Both the position numbers and the translations under genes were made by a program. 32,000 nucleotides of DNA, taken from the NCBI RefSeq assembly GCF_000306885.1, contig NC_018267.1, positions 570,001 through 602,000 of the forward strand. Direction: 5' to 3'. The notes beneath the pieces were generated by a model, which was given only the letters and a program-made list of their open reading frames with translations, did not search any database and was not told the DNA's origin. Below are positions 30,235-32,000 of the stretch, piece by piece. Source of the stretch: Wolbachia endosymbiont of Onchocerca ochengi. Its GTDB lineage: Bacteria > Pseudomonadota > Alphaproteobacteria > Rickettsiales > Anaplasmataceae. Position 1 is the first letter of the stretch. Each line of letters opens with the position of its first letter.

Positions 30235-31629
30235 TTATCCTTTTAATATAGATGATACCTGCTTTGCGCAAGAAATCATTTTATTAATCATATAATTTTC
30301 GTGATTATTATCTATTTTAGACAATTCATATAAGTAATTCACCATCATTCCAGCAGATTGACTAATGCCCTTTTCAGAAGTATCTGCCATCCAGTTTAGT
30401 TGCTTTATTGATGCACCATTGCTTAAATGAAAGTGTGCCACTTGGTCATAGGCATTGCCATTATTGTTTTTAACCTTTAGTAAGTAATATGCACAAAGTT
30501 TCAGCAAGTATTGTTTTTCGTATTCAGTGTTAGTTTTTAATTGTTCTATGCTTTCTAAAATCTTTGTAATAGACTGTTTTATACCTAATTTTCCTAATAA
30601 AATAGTATCCTGCCTTAGATTTCCTTTTAGCCATTTTGTAAAGCCAGGTATCGGAGAAAGTGTTGCGTATGTTTTTATACTTTTAAACTCCTGTGATAGC
30701 TTTTCTACAACCCTTTTGATCAAGAAATTACCTAAGCTAATTCCAGACAATCCTGTTTGGGTATTTGATATTGAATAGAATATAGCAGTATTTGCATTGC
30801 TTGGATCACTTGAGGGCGTTGATTCATCTAAGAGGTATTGAATGCTATCTGCAATCTTATTCATTAATGCAACCTCTACGAAAATCAGAGGTTCATTTGG
30901 TATTTTATAATGAAAAAAGGTAAAACAGAGACGGTCAGAGTCTAGTCTATTTTTTAGATCACTCCATGAAGAAATTTTATGCACAGCTTCATACTTTATA
31001 AGTTTTTCTAATAATGATGCAGGTGAACCCCAGGTAATTTGACGAAGATCAAGTAAATCGACGTCAACCCAGGAGAGAAGTATGCTTTTTAATTCACTTT
31101 CTAATCGGTTAAGCTCTTTATATTGATTTCTTAACTTAAGTACATCAGAACGCATATCAACAATAAACTTGAGGCCTTCTGGTAAAGAAATAAATTGCTT
31201 CAATATTTTAGAACGCGGTGATTCAAGGACTTTTATCAAGTCCTGTTCAAATTTATAGTCTAACTCAGGATTCTTATTTTCCTTGTATCCTTTTATTTTC
31301 TTATCTATTTCTGCCTTGCTTGTATTAAATTTCTCTGCCAGAGTTTGTAAAAACCTTATTTTACCTTTCTCTGATAAACTTAAATACAAGTTACCGAGAG
31401 ATACAGTATTCTTACGTGCTGAGACTTCTCCTCCTTTTGGATTTAAGCACTCATTCATCTTCGAAACTAGACTATTAATATCACGACTATTATCTAAATC
31501 AGTGCCAATGTTACCAATCCACGACCTTACAGCATCTGTTACTTCACCTAGTATTTTTAAAAAGCCTTTTGCTGCTTTTTTATCTTCAACTTGCACTACA
31601 TTAGTTTTTGCTAATGATTCTTTCATCAT
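30235..31629 (-). CDS. Malonyl-CoA decarboxylase family protein
   Basis: 464 aa ORF; LKFIVDMRSDVLKLR, LLSWVDVDLLDLRQITWGSPASLLEKLIKYEAVHKISSW, CFTFFHYKIPNEPLIFVEVAL, IFYSISNTQTGLSGISLGNFLIKRVV, FATLSPIPGFTKWL and FHLSNGASIKQLNWMAD. Confidence 0.9.
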   Translation of the reverse strand: MMKESLAKTNVVQVEDKKAAKGFLKILGEVTDAVRSWIGNIGTDLDNSRDINSLVSKMNECLNPKGGEVSARKNTVSLGNLYLSLSEKGKIRFLQTLAEKFNTSKAEIDKKIKGYKENKNPELDYKFEQDLIKVLESPRSKILKQFISLPEGLKFIVDMRSDVLKLRNQYKELNRLESELKSILLSWVDVDLLDLRQITWGSPASLLEKLIKYEAVHKISSWSDLKNRLDSDRLCFTFFHYKIPNEPLIFVEVALMNKIADSIQYLLDESTPSSDPSNANTAIFYSISNTQTGLSGISLGNFLIKRVVEKLSQEFKSIKTYATLSPIPGFTKWLKGNLRQDTILLGKLGIKQSITKILESIEQLKTNTEYEKQYLLKLCAYYLLKVKNNNGNAYDQVAHFHLSNGASIKQLNWMADTSEKGISQSAGMMVNYLYELSKIDNNHENYMINKMISCAKQVSSILKG

Positions 31630-32000
31630 AAACTTCTTCTATTATACATCTATATTAAACCAAAGGAGAATCTTAGTCTATACAACAGGCACCGTTATCA
31701 GATTATTATTAATTTTTATAGTATAGTTAAGGTTTGGTAGGATACTGCTATAGTAGAAGCAAAGAAAAGTCCAATGGTTATATTGAAAGCTTAAGTCGAA
31801 GATTTCAATTTTAGTAAATTAAGAGTTGTAAAGGAATAACAAAGGAACAAAATCCTTGAACACCAGTATATGATGATTTTTATAAAGTGAATTTCATTAT
31901 TAATGACGAAAATATAGACAAAACTTCAATTAACTTGTTGATAGGAAAATCTTGAAAGCAATATGCATGGATAGGATTTAAGCAAAATTTAACTAGCGCT

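Noticed and set aside
30527-31726. Plus-strand ORFs of 83 and 147 aa
   Set aside because: Antisense to the malonyl-CoA decarboxylase gene.
1-32000. Possible CRISPR array, transposon/IS, prophage or toxin-antitoxin module
   Set aside because: Looked for regularly spaced repeats, transposase/integrase motifs, phage structural genes and short toxin-antitoxin pairs; none seen. The window does not appear to contain a novel defence or mobile system.

Overview
AT-rich (about 30-35% GC by eye) Rickettsiales chromosomal window that looks like Wolbachia, judged from protein character and not from a database search. It holds mostly housekeeping genes: xthA, hemD, tldD, polA, hslU/hslV, a gshA-like ATP-grasp ligase, hemH, ndk, znuA, znuC, ubiB, pyrE, secD, hemC, murB, lepA and a malonyl-CoA decarboxylase. 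There is one tRNA-Leu(CAG) and several lineage-type hypothetical membrane or secreted proteins. I see no CRISPR array, transposase, prophage, toxin-antitoxin or defence module, and no convincing novel biological system. The strongest non-obvious result is a heavily decayed ispG (gcpE) gene at about 27.2-28.4 kb. Conserved IspG blocks, including remnants of the Fe-S cysteine motifs, can be read across shifting frames with many stops. Other points of interest: znuA and znuC are divergent and their start regions overlap by 9 bp; PolA appears to have lost its 3'-5' exonuclease catalytic motifs; HslU has an atypical N-terminal extension of about 60 aa; and roughly a quarter of the window is non-coding, with weak traces of further decayed genes (7.9-9.9, 20.7-21.8 and 25.1-26.5 kb).
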